This document shows, piece by piece, positions 52,527 to 64,000 of a stretch of 64,000 nucleotides of DNA; position 1 is the first letter of the stretch; each line of letters opens with the position of its first letter. Source of the DNA: Takakia lepidozioides. Lineage: Eukaryota > Plantae > Bryophyta. The translations under genes were made by a program, and so were the position numbers. Below the pieces are notes generated by a model, which saw only the letters and a list, made by a program, of their open reading frames with translations, did no database searches and was not told the DNA's origin. Location: contig CM060731.1 in the NCBI GenBank assembly GCA_030704615.1, positions 76,012,001 to 76,076,000 on the forward strand, written 5' to 3'.

Positions 52527-52590
52527 ATCATCTACCAACCCTATTTCTTCTGTTCCGATTCAAGCTGTTCTATCTACCAACTTCAAAGCT

Positions 52591-53112
52591 TTGCATTGTC
52601 CTCTCAGTAGGCAGACTGCTGGCCAGCAGATCAGTCCCCTCATGGCCCAGTGCCATATCCACGAGCTCAGCTTTCCCTGTGTGGTTGATACTGGATGCAC
52701 TATATTTGCCATATCTTTGAGTGTTGTGAGAGTTCTTGGTCTTAAACTATGCCCTGCCACATGTATTGAGGTGCTTATTGCAGATGGATCCAGGTATGAG
52801 CCCTTAGGATTAGTCACTGTTTCCATCAGAATTCATAAGAAAGAGGTTGTGGTTACATGTATAGTCACCATTGGAGATCAATTCCTTCTAGGCCTTGACT
52901 GGATGGCCGGAGCTGGTGCCACCATCAGCCTAGCTGACTACTCCCTTCGCTTTAACAATGGAGAAGGGCATGAAGTAGTGGTTCTCTTGAAAGCAGTGAA
53001 GATCAAGGTTGGGTCTGCTACAGCCAATTTGTCCAGAGTCCAAGCCCTGGTAAAGGAGGTACAACATAACTCTCACTCCAACCTCGATTGGAATGATTTC
53101 TACAAGTTTTAG
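52591..53112 (+). pseudogene. Retropepsin protease of element B
   Basis: CVVDTGCT catalytic motif, IADGS flap and FLLGLDW. Confidence 0.9.
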
Positions 53113-53169
53113 CCTGATCTTCAACTCTTATATTAGTGGCATGTTCCTGGTGTTAGGGATAGGACAGGG

Positions 53170-53500
53170 GTGCCCATAGCTATTCCAAAGAATTCTACTC
53201 TAATTCGTGCACCTCTCAACATCACCATCCCTGCCTTGACCCAAAGGGTGGTTAAGTCTGGTCTGGTTTTCTTGTGTCCAGCTGCTCATTTCCTAGAAGT
53301 TGAGGGTTGGAGGAGATTGACTGCCCTTAAGCACTGCCTGGTGGCCACTGGTGTTTTTGATAGAGGATATAGACAGGAAGTCAAGATCCTGATTGCTAAT
53401 CCTGAGCGCTTCCCTGTGACTATTAAAAAGGGGCAGGTTCTGGCTCGCATCACTGCTCTGCCCATTGATGAAATACAAGAGGTGCACGCTGGCTTTGGAC
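53170..53500 (+). pseudogene. dUTPase domain of element B pol
   Basis: ITIPA, VKSGL, EGWRRLTALKH (degenerate motif 2), GVFDRGYRQEVKILIAN (motif 3) and IKKGQVLARI (motif 4). Confidence 0.8.
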
Positions 53501-53659
53501 TTGAGGCCATTGGCATCCAACATGGCCCCTTAGATGAGGTTGCTGCCTTTGCTACAGTTGCTCCACCACCTGTCCCTGATCTCAGTCCAGAAGGTAAGAA
53601 GGCCCTCACCAAAGTCTTATCTAAAATCAAGTTGGGCACAACTCTCTCCTCTGAACATT

Positions 53660-55015
53660 AAAGGAGGAAGGTGGAAATGCTTATTGCAAAGAACCTAGAT
53701 GTTTACAGTTTGGGATCCACTGATCCAGGGCGCACTCCTATTCTCCAACATGACATTGTCACTGAAGGGGCTTCTATTAAACAATTTGCTTACCGTGAGA
53801 GTGTCAAGGAACGTGCTATAATTCAAGAAAAGGTATAGAAAATGCTTGATGATGGCGTGATTAAGCCTTCAGTTTCTCCTTGGGCCAGTCCGATTGTCCT
53901 GGTTGGTAAGAAAGATGACACCACCCGTGTTGACTTCAGGAAGCTGAATGACATCACAAAAAAAGATGTCTACCCACTACCGAGGATTAATGAGACCTTG
54001 GATCAATTGCATGGTGCCACAATTTTTTCCTCCCTTGATCTTGCGTCTGGCTTTTGGCAAGTTCCTCTTACTGAATCTGCCAAGGAAAAAACCTCATTTG
54101 TGTGTCGCATGGGTAAATACCAATATGAGACCATGCCTTTTGGTTTATGCAATGTCACTTCTACAATCCAACGCCTCATGGATATTGTCTTGGGCAATCT
54201 GCGCTGGGAATGTGCTTTAATTTATGTCGATGATATCAATGTTTACTCAGCCAGTTTTAAATGCTCACCTAGTTGATCAGCAGCGTGTTTTCAGCAAATT
54301 GCGCACTGCAGGTCTCAAAGTAAAGCCCAAGAAATGTGAGTTATTCGTGCCTGAGCTGCACTTCCTTGGTCATGTTCTATCCAAAGATGGTTTGCTTCCT
54401 GATCTTGCCAAGCTGGAGTCTGTTTGGGGCTTTCCTATCCCTAGGGATAAGCATTGTATCAAATCCTTCCTTGGTCTGGCTTCTTATTATAGGCGTTTCA
54501 TAAAGAACTTTGTCAAGCTTGCTCACCCTCTAACCAAGGTGTTGTGCAAAGATGTCGGGTTTGAATGGACCTTCGCCCAACAGGCTGCTTTTGACACCCT
54601 TCGCAAGGCCTTGTGTTCAGGTCCCATCCTGATGTTTCCCAATTTTGAATTACATTTCTTGCTTCAGACTGATGCATCGGATGTTGCCATCTCTGCAATC
54701 TTATGTCAAGTTGTAGAAGGCAAAGAGCATGTAATAGCCTAGGCATCTCGTCGTCTAGATCGTCATGAAAGGAATTATTTCATATCTGATAAGGAGGGTC
54801 TAGCCCTGGTTTTTGATGTCAAGCATTTCAGGCAATATTTGCATGGCAGCCCGGTTTGTGGTAGAGACTAATCATCTTCCACTAAAAGCTCTTGTTAAGC
54901 CAAGGGAATTTCATCGCAGACTTGCTAGATGGGCTATGTACCTGTAGGAATTTGACATGGATATAGTCTATAAGAAGGGCAAGGAAAACACAAATGCTGA
55001 TGCACTCACGCGGGT
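53660..55015 (+). pseudogene. Reverse transcriptase and RNase H of element B
   Basis: SPWASPIVLV, VDFRKLN, SLDLASGFWQV, MPFGLCN, YVDDI, FLGLASYYRRFI, LQTDASD and NADALTR. Confidence 0.95.
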
Positions 55016-55018
55016 GGA

Positions 55019-55039
55019 CCCTAAACCCTAAACCCTAAA
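55019..55039 (+). repeat. (CCCTAAA)3 interstitial telomeric repeat inside pol
   Basis: Three perfect plant telomere units. Confidence 0.85.
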
Positions 55040-55499
55040 CCCCAACTGTCAGCAGGCCTATGCTCACCTTGGATGATCTTGTTGCTGCTGATGCTGCCCC
55101 TCCTCCTGATCTTGCCCCTCTTCTCAACCTTCTTTGTGCAGATCAGCAACCGTTGGCCCTCGATTCTCATGGCATATTGGCTGTATGGGGCTAGTCTAGC
55201 CTATTAGATGAACTTGGTTGATTTATTCGTGTGTTAGTGTGTATGGTGGATCTATCGCTTCGCGAGAATTCGGATAGTTTGGTGGAAGTTCCCTGTTGTG
55301 TTTCCGTCCTTCTCTTTCCCCGGCCCCCAAGTTTGTTGTGATTCGGCTGCTGCACTCCGGTGTGACTATTGGCTTGAGCCTCAAGGCTTGATTTGGTTGT
55401 CCATGAGTAGTAACAAATGAGGTAAATGTATCTCTGGCTGGAGATCATAGGGCCGGGGCAGGCACTCCAGACCACCTTATCTAAAACCCATTGTCTATC

Positions 55500-56808
55500 T
55501 CTCATATGCAGTGCAGTCATGGCTGATCAGCTACATGCTGCGCTACTCCAGCGATGCCAATCAGGGCGTTCGTCAGCTGGCCTTTCCGAGTCCTTGCGTA
55601 CACAAATTCTCTATCATGTGTCTATTCACCGTTTTATGGGTGATAAGCTTTTCAAGGAGCTCACTAGAGGAGGGGTGCCATGCTACTTAGAGGTACCATG
55701 GAGCCAACTGAATGCTTTATTGGAGCGTTTTCATTGTTTCTTGTATGCATGTCACCTTGGTATCAAGAAGACCGTGGCCCGCATCCAAGAGGTTTACTAT
55801 TGGCTGGGAATTCACCGGGATGTCGCGGAGTTCATCTCTAAGTGTGAAGGTTGTTGTGCTAACATTGCTCTCCCTAGGACCCGGATCTTGTATGAGCTAC
55901 AGCCTTTGCCTGTTACACATGCTTTTGCTCGTGTTGGCTTTGATTTGGTAGGACCCCTCACACTCACATCAAAGGGTCGAAACTACCTTTGTGTTGCTAC
56001 CGACTACTTGACTAAGTGGGTAGAAGTCCGGCCTTTGCGTTCCAAGGCTAGTGATGTTGTAGCTCAGTTCTTCTTCAATGAGATCCTTATGCGGCATGGG
56101 TGTCATCGGGAGATACTAACAGATCAGGACAAGGAGTTTTGTAACTAGCTCCTCACGGTGGTTTGTTGCAACTTCGGTGTCAAACATTCCACTACCGCTC
56201 CATACCATCCCCAGAACAATGGCCTTACGGAACGCTTCAACCAAATTCTTTGCCGAATGTTGGAGAAGAATAGCGCACTTACCAGGGAGTGGGATACATT
56301 TCTTCCCCCTATTCTCTTTGTTTATCGCACCGCCGTGCATGCTAGCACCAAGAAGACTCCTTTTGAGTTGTTGTATGGTCGCAAGTTTGTTTCTCCTTTG
56401 CATTCTACCCTTCTTATCTCTATTGTTGCTGATCTGGTTGATCTTGAGACCTTTGTTGAAGATCTTCATGCTCGCCATGCGGTGTCTATCCATGATGCCA
56501 AGACGAACATTGGTAAGGCTCAACTAACCCAAGCCCGTAATTTTAACAAGCGTGTCAAGTATTCTAACCTGTTTCAGGTGGGACAGATCGTGTGCGTTCG
56601 ATTACAGCATGGCAAGCATGCATGCAAATCTAAGCTCAAGATTGACGGTCCATACTATCAGATTTTACGTGGGCGACGTGCTCTTCTTCTTCCCCAAGGC
56701 TCTAACACTGAAGTACGGGATGAACCTGTTTCCTTGACGGACTTGGTGCACTCCGAACTAGTTTTTGATCTCATGTATATCAATGTGGAGGGGCGCATTG
56801 TGGGGTGA
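55500..56808 (+). pseudogene. DDE integrase with HHCC and GPY/F motifs, element B
   Basis: H....CHLG...YYW...C..C, VGFDLVGPL, TDYLTKW, TDQDKEF, PQNNGLTERFN and DGPY. No chromodomain seen. Confidence 0.93.
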
Positions 56809-58034
56809 TGTCTTGATCTTCTTAGCGATCTACTTCAGCTTATTTCACTTCTCTTCTCAGCGGCTTAGTCTTAGCGGCTGCTGCCTCTTGGGGTCCTCGG
56901 ACTTGGCCTCTCTAGGACTTAGAACATTTTATGACATCTCACCATTTGTACTCGCTACACGGTTTTCCTAGCTAGGGGTTTTGTCCTCTGCCCAACTTGC
57001 AGGTGCCAGGTTTTCCCTTGGTAGGATTTCACCCAACAGTGGAGGGTGATATTATTTTTTATGGGTTATTTTTTCATTATTTGTTTTCCTTCACGGAGCT
57101 CAGGATTTTTCGTGGGGGATAGGCTTCACAGATGTAAAGCCCCGTACTTGCTTAAGCCTGGAAATAACCCGTTTCATCCAAAACGGCAATACACATTCAT
57201 AGTATATTTTTTTGGCGTATAAAGCCGTTAATCCGTTATAATGATGTTTAGGTTAGGGTTAGTTTAGGCTGGTGGCTTGATCCTGGCCCTTCATTAGATC
57301 TAGGGCTGCAAGGCAGCATCATGGGCTTGGGCCTATAAAGCCTCGCCACGCGGCGGGCCACTACGGCTAGGGCTTTTGTATAAAGACGACGCCCTAACAC
57401 AAGATCAAGGCGGTGCACTCGGGTGTTGGTGTATATGTGATTTTGGTGTACAAGTTTTTGGATGAGAGCTGCTTAGTGTCTGATTCGTGTGTTTGATCCT
57501 CCTCTCGCGCGCTGCTTGCTCCTTCCGCTCGCCCCTTTGTTGTGCAACTTCGCTTCTTGAGAGGAAATGAGTATATGCCTCAGGCTTGTTTTAAGGCTTC
57601 ATAGGAGAATGTTCCACCCTAGAACCAAGGTCAACAGACACCATGTTAGAAGACACTCAAAATAAATCCATGTAGCACAAAAAGTAGACCCACTTTCACT
57701 TGTGGCGGTAATTGCATGCACTACTATGGCACATATGAAGGGAAAAGTTGAGAATCCAATTGGTAAAATATATTACAAACAGGCGCAACTGATTAGCAAA
57801 TGTTAAATTAGAGCATCATTAGAGCTTACAATCCAATCAGTCAAAGAGGGGAATTAGAATGTATATGCAGTGATCTGCAATCTGCCTAATATCTGAAGAA
57901 GCAATTGGTGTGGGGGAGGATGGATGTCACAGACGGCTCTTGGCTTCCCTTCCATATCCCTCTATTTGCAAAAGGTTATTTATTCATGTATTAGGGGGTA
58001 GTATTGTTTTCAGAGAAAGGTACATCCAGGGAAA

Positions 58035-58368
58035 CAGAATGGATTACTAGAAAATCTTTACTTTAGGTCAAGCATGGGAGCTTACACGCACAGAGATGAG
58101 AACATGTCTTGATTGTTCCCATTGACAGACCGTGCGAGAGAGAAAGAGTGTTGCATAGTTTGTGTGCATGCAATTCGCTCGCGAGAGGCTACTTGTTTAT
58201 AGTTTAGGCATAGTTAGGCCTTGAGTTTTAGGAAGGCCCCGTCTTGAAAACGTTACTTTAGGTCAAGCATGGGAGCTTACACGCACAGAGATGAAATATG
58301 TCTTGATTGTTCCCATTGACACCGTGCGAGAGAGAAAGAGTGCTGCGTAGTTTGTGTGCATGCAATCC
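58035..58368. repeat. Tandemly duplicated promoter block, with a third copy at ~44625-44797
   Basis: ttactttaggtcaagcatgggagcttacacgcacagagatg...tttgtgtgcatgcaat at ~58058, ~58253 and ~44659. Confidence 0.9.
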
Positions 58369-58477
58369 CATCGCTTCCAGAGGCTAAGTAGTCCTTGTTT
58401 TAAATTCTTGCGTGTGATTCTCCTGCCCTCGGAAGATTTTTACTTTGGAGTGCGGAGCTTGGTGTGCTTGGATAGAA

Positions 58478-60211
58478 ATGTCGCTGGTAGACTATGCGTC
58501 TGATGATGATGAGGATATGCCAGATCTCTCTGCGCGGGAGGCTAGCGGGACTGAGAATGGAAGGCCAGTTCGTGATGGGTCATCGCCATCTGCATCCTCC
58601 ACCCCCCAGAAGTAAGGCCTGCACCTGTTTGTTGTTGTTGTTGTTGTTGCTGCCGCCGCCTTGTGGTCTTTCTTTCGAAGATGGCGACGTCCATAGCTAT
58701 GGGTTTTCGTCGGTGGCAAAGTTATACCGCTGTGTAGAAGCTTGTGGCCTTGTTTGTTTTGGTTGAAGGGTTAGTGAACGACCGAGTCCTGCCGCCTCTT
58801 CGTGCTCGGGCTTGGTCATTGAATTGTTAATTACGGTTGTGGAAGAAGGAAATTCAGATAAGGCCCGACTATTACAGGATATTCGTGTCAGCGTATAGGC
58901 GCGCAGAGTATGCACATCTTCCTGTCGTAAGAAATGTAGAGCATGACGAAGAGGCCGCCTTGCGATGTGAAAGAAACTAGAAAGCTCTTTCCGAATCGAC
59001 CGTGATGTAGGCCCTAAACCTAATACTAGATGTCAGAATGTATGCCATCTACCAAGTCGATGGGCAAGTTGAATGTTCTCTGTATGTGCTCAGATCTTCA
59101 AATCACACTTTTTTAAAAACTGACCTTTCTGCTTGCCACGAACGTCCGTTGATGTCCTCTACATGCAGCATTCTTCAGAGTTCCCCCATGTCTTCAAACC
59201 CACACAATGCAGGGTTTCAGTCTAGTGCCCAAGTGCAAACTTCCACCACGTGGCCTGTTCGACTGCCAGATGCTGCAGAGCTGCTTAGGGGTATGGAGCC
59301 AGGACCGAGCACTTCCAGTGGGGACCACACCTCTAGGGTCGCTGCTGCTGTGGCAACATCCAGGAAACGGCCACAGCTGAATGGGGCCGCACATCCCTCG
59401 CACCACACAAAGGTTCCTCGTGGGAATCCGCATCTGCCCCCAAGGAGGCTGCCGGACACTGTGGGTGGCCTTCTTGTCCCACCTCAAGTGAGGGGAAGGT
59501 CAGTAACAACTTGCTTGTAGATAATGCAAGTCTCATGTAATCCCAGGTTAGCAGTGCCTGATTATTGAGCATTCCTATACATTGTGTGGCCTTTGGTTTT
59601 TTTCTCTTTGCAAAACAATCTATTCCGAACTCTTTAAAGAACCCCTGCTTCTATGCAATCTCAAGTAATTAAGGAAAGCTGGATAGACTCACCTGGATTG
59701 TCTCAAATCGGGTCACAAAACAGAAACCATGCTGTAGAAATTGAGTGACTTGATTGTGGCTGCCGACGTCTCAGCAGGAAGGTTTTCGAAAGTGACTTGG
59801 CATAGATAATTGTTCCTCGTGGGTGAGAGTCTCTCTTCTCTCTCTCTATGGAGGCAGCTCACACACAGCAGATTGATGCTTTCGTTATGGGATTTCTAGA
59901 GTGAATATGGAAAGCCCAAACCAATTGTTTATACCAAGGTAAGTCCCATGTCACAGGTGAGCCTCGCAGAAAGTGTCTGTTCCCTCTTGTTCTGCCCAAG
60001 CTGGGTGTGGGGTTTATGGCCACAAGGCTACGGCAAACATCTCATGAGTACATTCTCTACTCCAAGAAATAGGGCATGGGAGAACATTCTTCCCAGACTC
60101 TCCCATTTTAAAAAATTGTTCAATATGTTTTCTGTTGATGACAGGAGTAACGTTGCGACAGAGGATCTGGACAAGCTCTTCGTTCACAGGCAGCAGAAAA
60201 GACCAGATTAG
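58478..60211 (+). CDS. Conserved small plant protein of unknown function (3 exons: 58478-58611, 59169-59498, 60145-60211)
   Basis: MSLVDYASDDDE ... LPDAAELL ... LLVPPQVRGR/SNVATEDLDKLF; splice phases are consistent. Confidence 0.8.
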
Positions 60212-62047
60212 TATTGGAGACTTTCCTTAATGGAGGCGAATGCTATAGAAGTTTTTGGAAGATTTTCTTCTCAGAATGCTGAGATCTCATGTGACATATC
60301 AAGGACAATGGGCAGGCACTTACTGGTGAGTCCCTGTTTTCTCGAGATTGTGGATCTTTAGCATGATACATTTCTTGCATGATTGAAATACCGGTTTTTG
60401 CTTCAAACCACCATGCAGTCCATTCACTTTGGAATGTTTGAATGGTCAGCTGGCACTTGTGTGTACTAGGTGAAAAATATGTGGCACTACTGGCACATCG
60501 TCAGGGAAAGTCCCTTTACTTCAACACACATGGAGGTTTGGGTGGCTACCTCAACCTATCTGGCTTGATGTTGGCTCAATTGTGCATAGTATTTGGTTAA
60601 TGCCTGTATGGGTATTTTTAACTAGCTTCTTTGTTTCTTTCCTTCCATATGGCCATGCAAAGACTCAGGCCCCCTTGTAGTGAATTTGAACCGCAATGGA
60701 ATCCAAGATATTCAGAATTCTTGTGCCTATCTTCCCATGGGAGCTTTTAAGATAAGGACACTTACTTTCAGGTTTCATATATGTCTGCAAACTTTGCTGT
60801 TTTTAAATTCTTCTTCCTGAAATTCTTTTCTTCCTCAATTCTTATGTGCTGTTCTATTTCTTCTTGCAAAGAGCTTCTATTTTCTCCTTGTAAATGTTCT
60901 GCTATCTATATTGTGGTTACAGGGACAATGTAAATGTGGAGCTTTTTGGTGCGCATTATATAGGGCCAGGATTTTGTTTACTTGTTTGACTTCAGTCATA
61001 GATGCTCATTTGGTGTGATGAGATGTGTGTTAAGAAGCTTTCATGTCAAACCTCTTTTCATTAACATTGATATTTGGTTGCAATAGCTCACACAAATTGT
61101 CTTACATGTCACATGTACATATACTATCTACCCCTCCTCCCTCATCTTGACTTCTCAAGAAGCAGATGGACCACCTTAGAAGTGTTTGTGGGTTCAAATC
61201 CACACAAGTCAGTACTGACTTTCACCAAATATAGCTAACCCTTCTATAATGGGGTCACCATGGTGGAGACCGTCCATACTCGGGGACCTAGTGACTTTGG
61301 TGGCTTTTGGGGGAAGATTGGACCAGTGAGCGATCTGGATAAAAATCAGAGGTCTGGCATTACATGTGGATCAACACTTCCTTTTTAAGCAAATCTTCTG
61401 TTATTTAGAGGCTCTGGCTGGAATTTAATGGACCATAATTCTTGCAGGGGAGGATTTCTTTGGGGTAACTAGTAACGACGGTTGTCTCTTTGTTATGGGA
61501 AGTGTGCATCCATTCATATCCAAGTGCACAATTCAGGACCGCAGCTGGGTATTTTGTTTTTTGGACTTTGTGGGCTATTCTCCTGTTTACTGCACGTTCA
61601 GTCAGTTACTGATTGGGTCGTGGAGTTCAAACACCTCTCTTCCTGTGGATTCTCATGTCCAAGGAGGCAGATGGGCAATTGTTGTTGAACACTATGGTGC
61701 AAAAGTTTTCAAAGCTGCAGGATTTTTCTATACATGCCTCAAGCTGGCCTCATTCCCTCCGCAATGAGATTTTGTCATGCCTTCATTGCTACTATTCATA
61801 GCCGTTGGCAGCTCACAGTGTACAGCAAACCGCTTTCACTACTTCCAAGCTGGGGTCTAGATTAATGGTAAGCAAATAACATGGATGCAAGATAGTGACC
61901 ATCAATTTTCCAAGCAAAGAGAAAGAGATCTACGTACTCTCGCACTAAACAGGAGTACTAAACAGCACCTTTCAAGTATATCAAATCCTGTCACTACATA
62001 ACTTGTGATAGTAGCTACAAGACAATCCTGAACAACTTGTCAAAGGT

Positions 62048-63400
62048 TCAGCTGCTTGCTTTTCCCTGCAAGTGCAAGTACACAGCCATCGATACAACCC
62101 TGCCACTCTAATCTGGTTAGTTGCCATGAATGTAGTTGGAAGCTATGTTGTGCCTATCTTCTGCTCCACATGGAATCATTGCTTGTTGACTTTCAATGGT
62201 AGGTCACACTTAAGGACTTGTGTTTGACAGCGACAGACTATTTAAAGCTTCCCAGTGAGTGTAAGCAATTTTTTCTCCTACACCAAGACCTGAGGGAGGG
62301 TGGTTGGTCCTTTGGGGAGACGATTTAGGCATTCTGTACCATCAAGTAGCAGGATACATAGGCAATCAGGACAACTCTATTGGAAGTCAAGGACATTGAA
62401 GTTCCTCCATTGCATATGGGGAACGATGATCTATATTGCACAGGGGTCCTTAGTGAGCCTTGCTGGTTCTTTCTTTATTCCTGTTCTCTTGAAAGAAAGG
62501 CCTCAATTGCTTGACAGAACTTCGGTATAGGTGTATTGCATGATAACTTACAGGCAGCCGAGAACAAAAGGAAGAGTCCACTGGAAGTGAAACAACACCA
62601 TTGACACCATTGCCGTGAGAAGCATTGCCACTGACGTTGAATAAACCTGTGAAGAAAACAGAGCACTGTACATTAGGCCATAGCTGGAGCAAGGAGTCCA
62701 ATATCAGCTTGGAGGAGTGGAAAGGTGCATAGAAGATGGGGCTTTCATGAGGAAAGCCCACTAAGCATTCAGGCCCTAAACTACTCGGATGAAAGTGTCT
62801 AGACAAGGATGTGACTGATGTCTTAAAAGAGATCCACAATCCAAACAGCAAGGGGCCGCAGCCTTGCACAAGCTCCAAGCTTGACTGAGGTTGAATGGGC
62901 TTCGTTGTGTACCTTCACGATGTTGTCAGCATACTTCATCACCATGGAAACAACAATACCGCTGCCACCAGCATCCACATCCCGAATTCCAACTTGTTAG
63001 AAAGATATGCACATAAGCCCCTGAAAAGGGTCAAGTAGTACTAAGGAAAAAAGAACTGTCTTTTTTGTATTCACAAACTTTAAAGCCCTACTTGATTGTT
63101 AGGTGTGTTTTGTCTCAGGCTTTGGACACCAACCAAAGGCAGAAGCTCAACAGTATAGAAATCACGCCCTACTTAGGGAATGCTAAGTTTGTACATCACT
63201 CTGGGACCACACATATGAAGAATTTGGCCCAAGAGAGGAATACAAAAGTATGCCCACAATTGAAAGTACCAGAAATTAGTTCACAACTTCCCTCACAAGT
63301 GTGGTGAGTTGGACCACAAAGAAGGGCACAATGACTGTACCTTAATGCATGGTTCACAATCATGCATACAATGATGAATGAGAAGCCATGGAAGAATCCT
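62048..63400 (-). CDS. Nucleotide-sugar (CMP-sialic acid transporter-like, SLC35A) gene, 3' exons; the 5' part lies further right
   Basis: Exons 63400-63341, 62961-62913, 62646-62552 and 62099-62048 encode GFFHGFSFIIVCMIVNHALS/GIVVSMVMKYADNIVK/VYSTSVAMLLTAMVS..L/VVSMAVYLH. Confidence 0.9.
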
Positions 63401-64000
63401 CTGCCACCGCCATCCATACACACATAAACAAAGTTTAGGGATAAGCATGCATGCCACCTAAGCATCACAAAAAGGCTCTTACATAAATTTTGAGTTACCA
63501 TCTTCCCTTAGCTTGAACCTACTATGACAAAACTACATTGTATTTTTTGTAGAATAATCTTGATCCAAGGTTTGATCACTGAGGAAAGAAACGAAAGAAT
63601 GAAAGAAAAGGAAAGAAAAGCTACTGTATAAAAATAAAGAGACTTTCTAGCACCCACAGGAAGCTATGGGACACAAGGAAAGGAAAGGAAAGGAAAAAAC
63701 TTTATACAGAAAAGAATGGATGCAAGGGGCCCGCCCAAAAACAACTATTCAAGGAAATGACATGAAATGGTACTTCATAACATCCGCGGAAAGCTCAAAG
63801 AGCTTATGGGACAAAATGGAAAAAACAAGAGAAATGAAATGAAATGGAACAAAACCAGAGCCAAAAAACAGCCCAAAAGCAACTACTGCTGAAGGAAGAA
63901 TGCAACAGTGACTGGAGTAAGAATTGAAGAGCAGGTTAGGTACCATACAATTCTACTATCCTCTCATAGTCCTGAGTGCCCATGGCCACGAGGTTGAAAA

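Larger units (their letters stand above)
48509..57601 (+). mobile_element. Full-length degenerate Ty3/Gypsy LTR retrotransposon (element B): extra ORF-gag-PR-dUTPase-RT-RH-IN
   Basis: LTRs 48509-48957 and 57133-57601; 6-bp TSD TAGGAG (48503-48508 and 57602-57607); PBS tRNA-Ala TGGTGGAGACGCCGGG at 48958; PPT GTGGGGGA at 57112. Domain order is Gypsy type. Confidence 0.95.

Noticed and set aside
48509-57601. DIRS/Ngaro tyrosine-recombinase element as the explanation for the split ends
   Set aside because: The element has a DDE integrase, protease, PBS, PPT and TSD, and no tyrosine recombinase motif.

Overview
Eukaryotic nuclear DNA with spliceosomal introns, from a land plant that is probably seed-free and makes flagellated sperm. 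The evidence is a CEP120 gene and a plastid insert that appears to come from an editing-rich plastome. Host genes: NUG2/NOG2 GTPase, a damaged PAS2/HACD, a J-domain protein divergently paired with an intronless plastid RPL9, CEP120, a conserved small unknown protein, the 3' end of a CMP-sialic-acid-transporter-like gene, a trihelix Myb/SANT ORF and an unknown spliced gene at the left edge. Accessory DNA: an rpoC1/rpoC2 NUPT, a LINE fragment, a KP4 killer-toxin-like gene, three hAT-type MITEs, a piggyBac-like MITE, a deleted Copia, local duplications and two related Ty3/Gypsy elements. The most striking signal is the Gypsy lineage at 48509-57601, with a relative at 3057-6228. Its 5' LTR runs straight into the tRNA-Ala PBS without the terminal AGGCTTCA. 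That 8-mer is instead appended to the outer end of the 3' LTR in both elements. In the complete element it also sits just after the PPT as a pre-formed CA-caga-TG att junction. This permuted layout suggests integration from an end-joined (circular) cDNA cut at an internal att site. The same element has a 6-bp TSD, a -1 frameshift signal, a dUTPase domain and an extra SRA/YDG-like ORF. All calls come from reading the sequence by eye; no searches were run.
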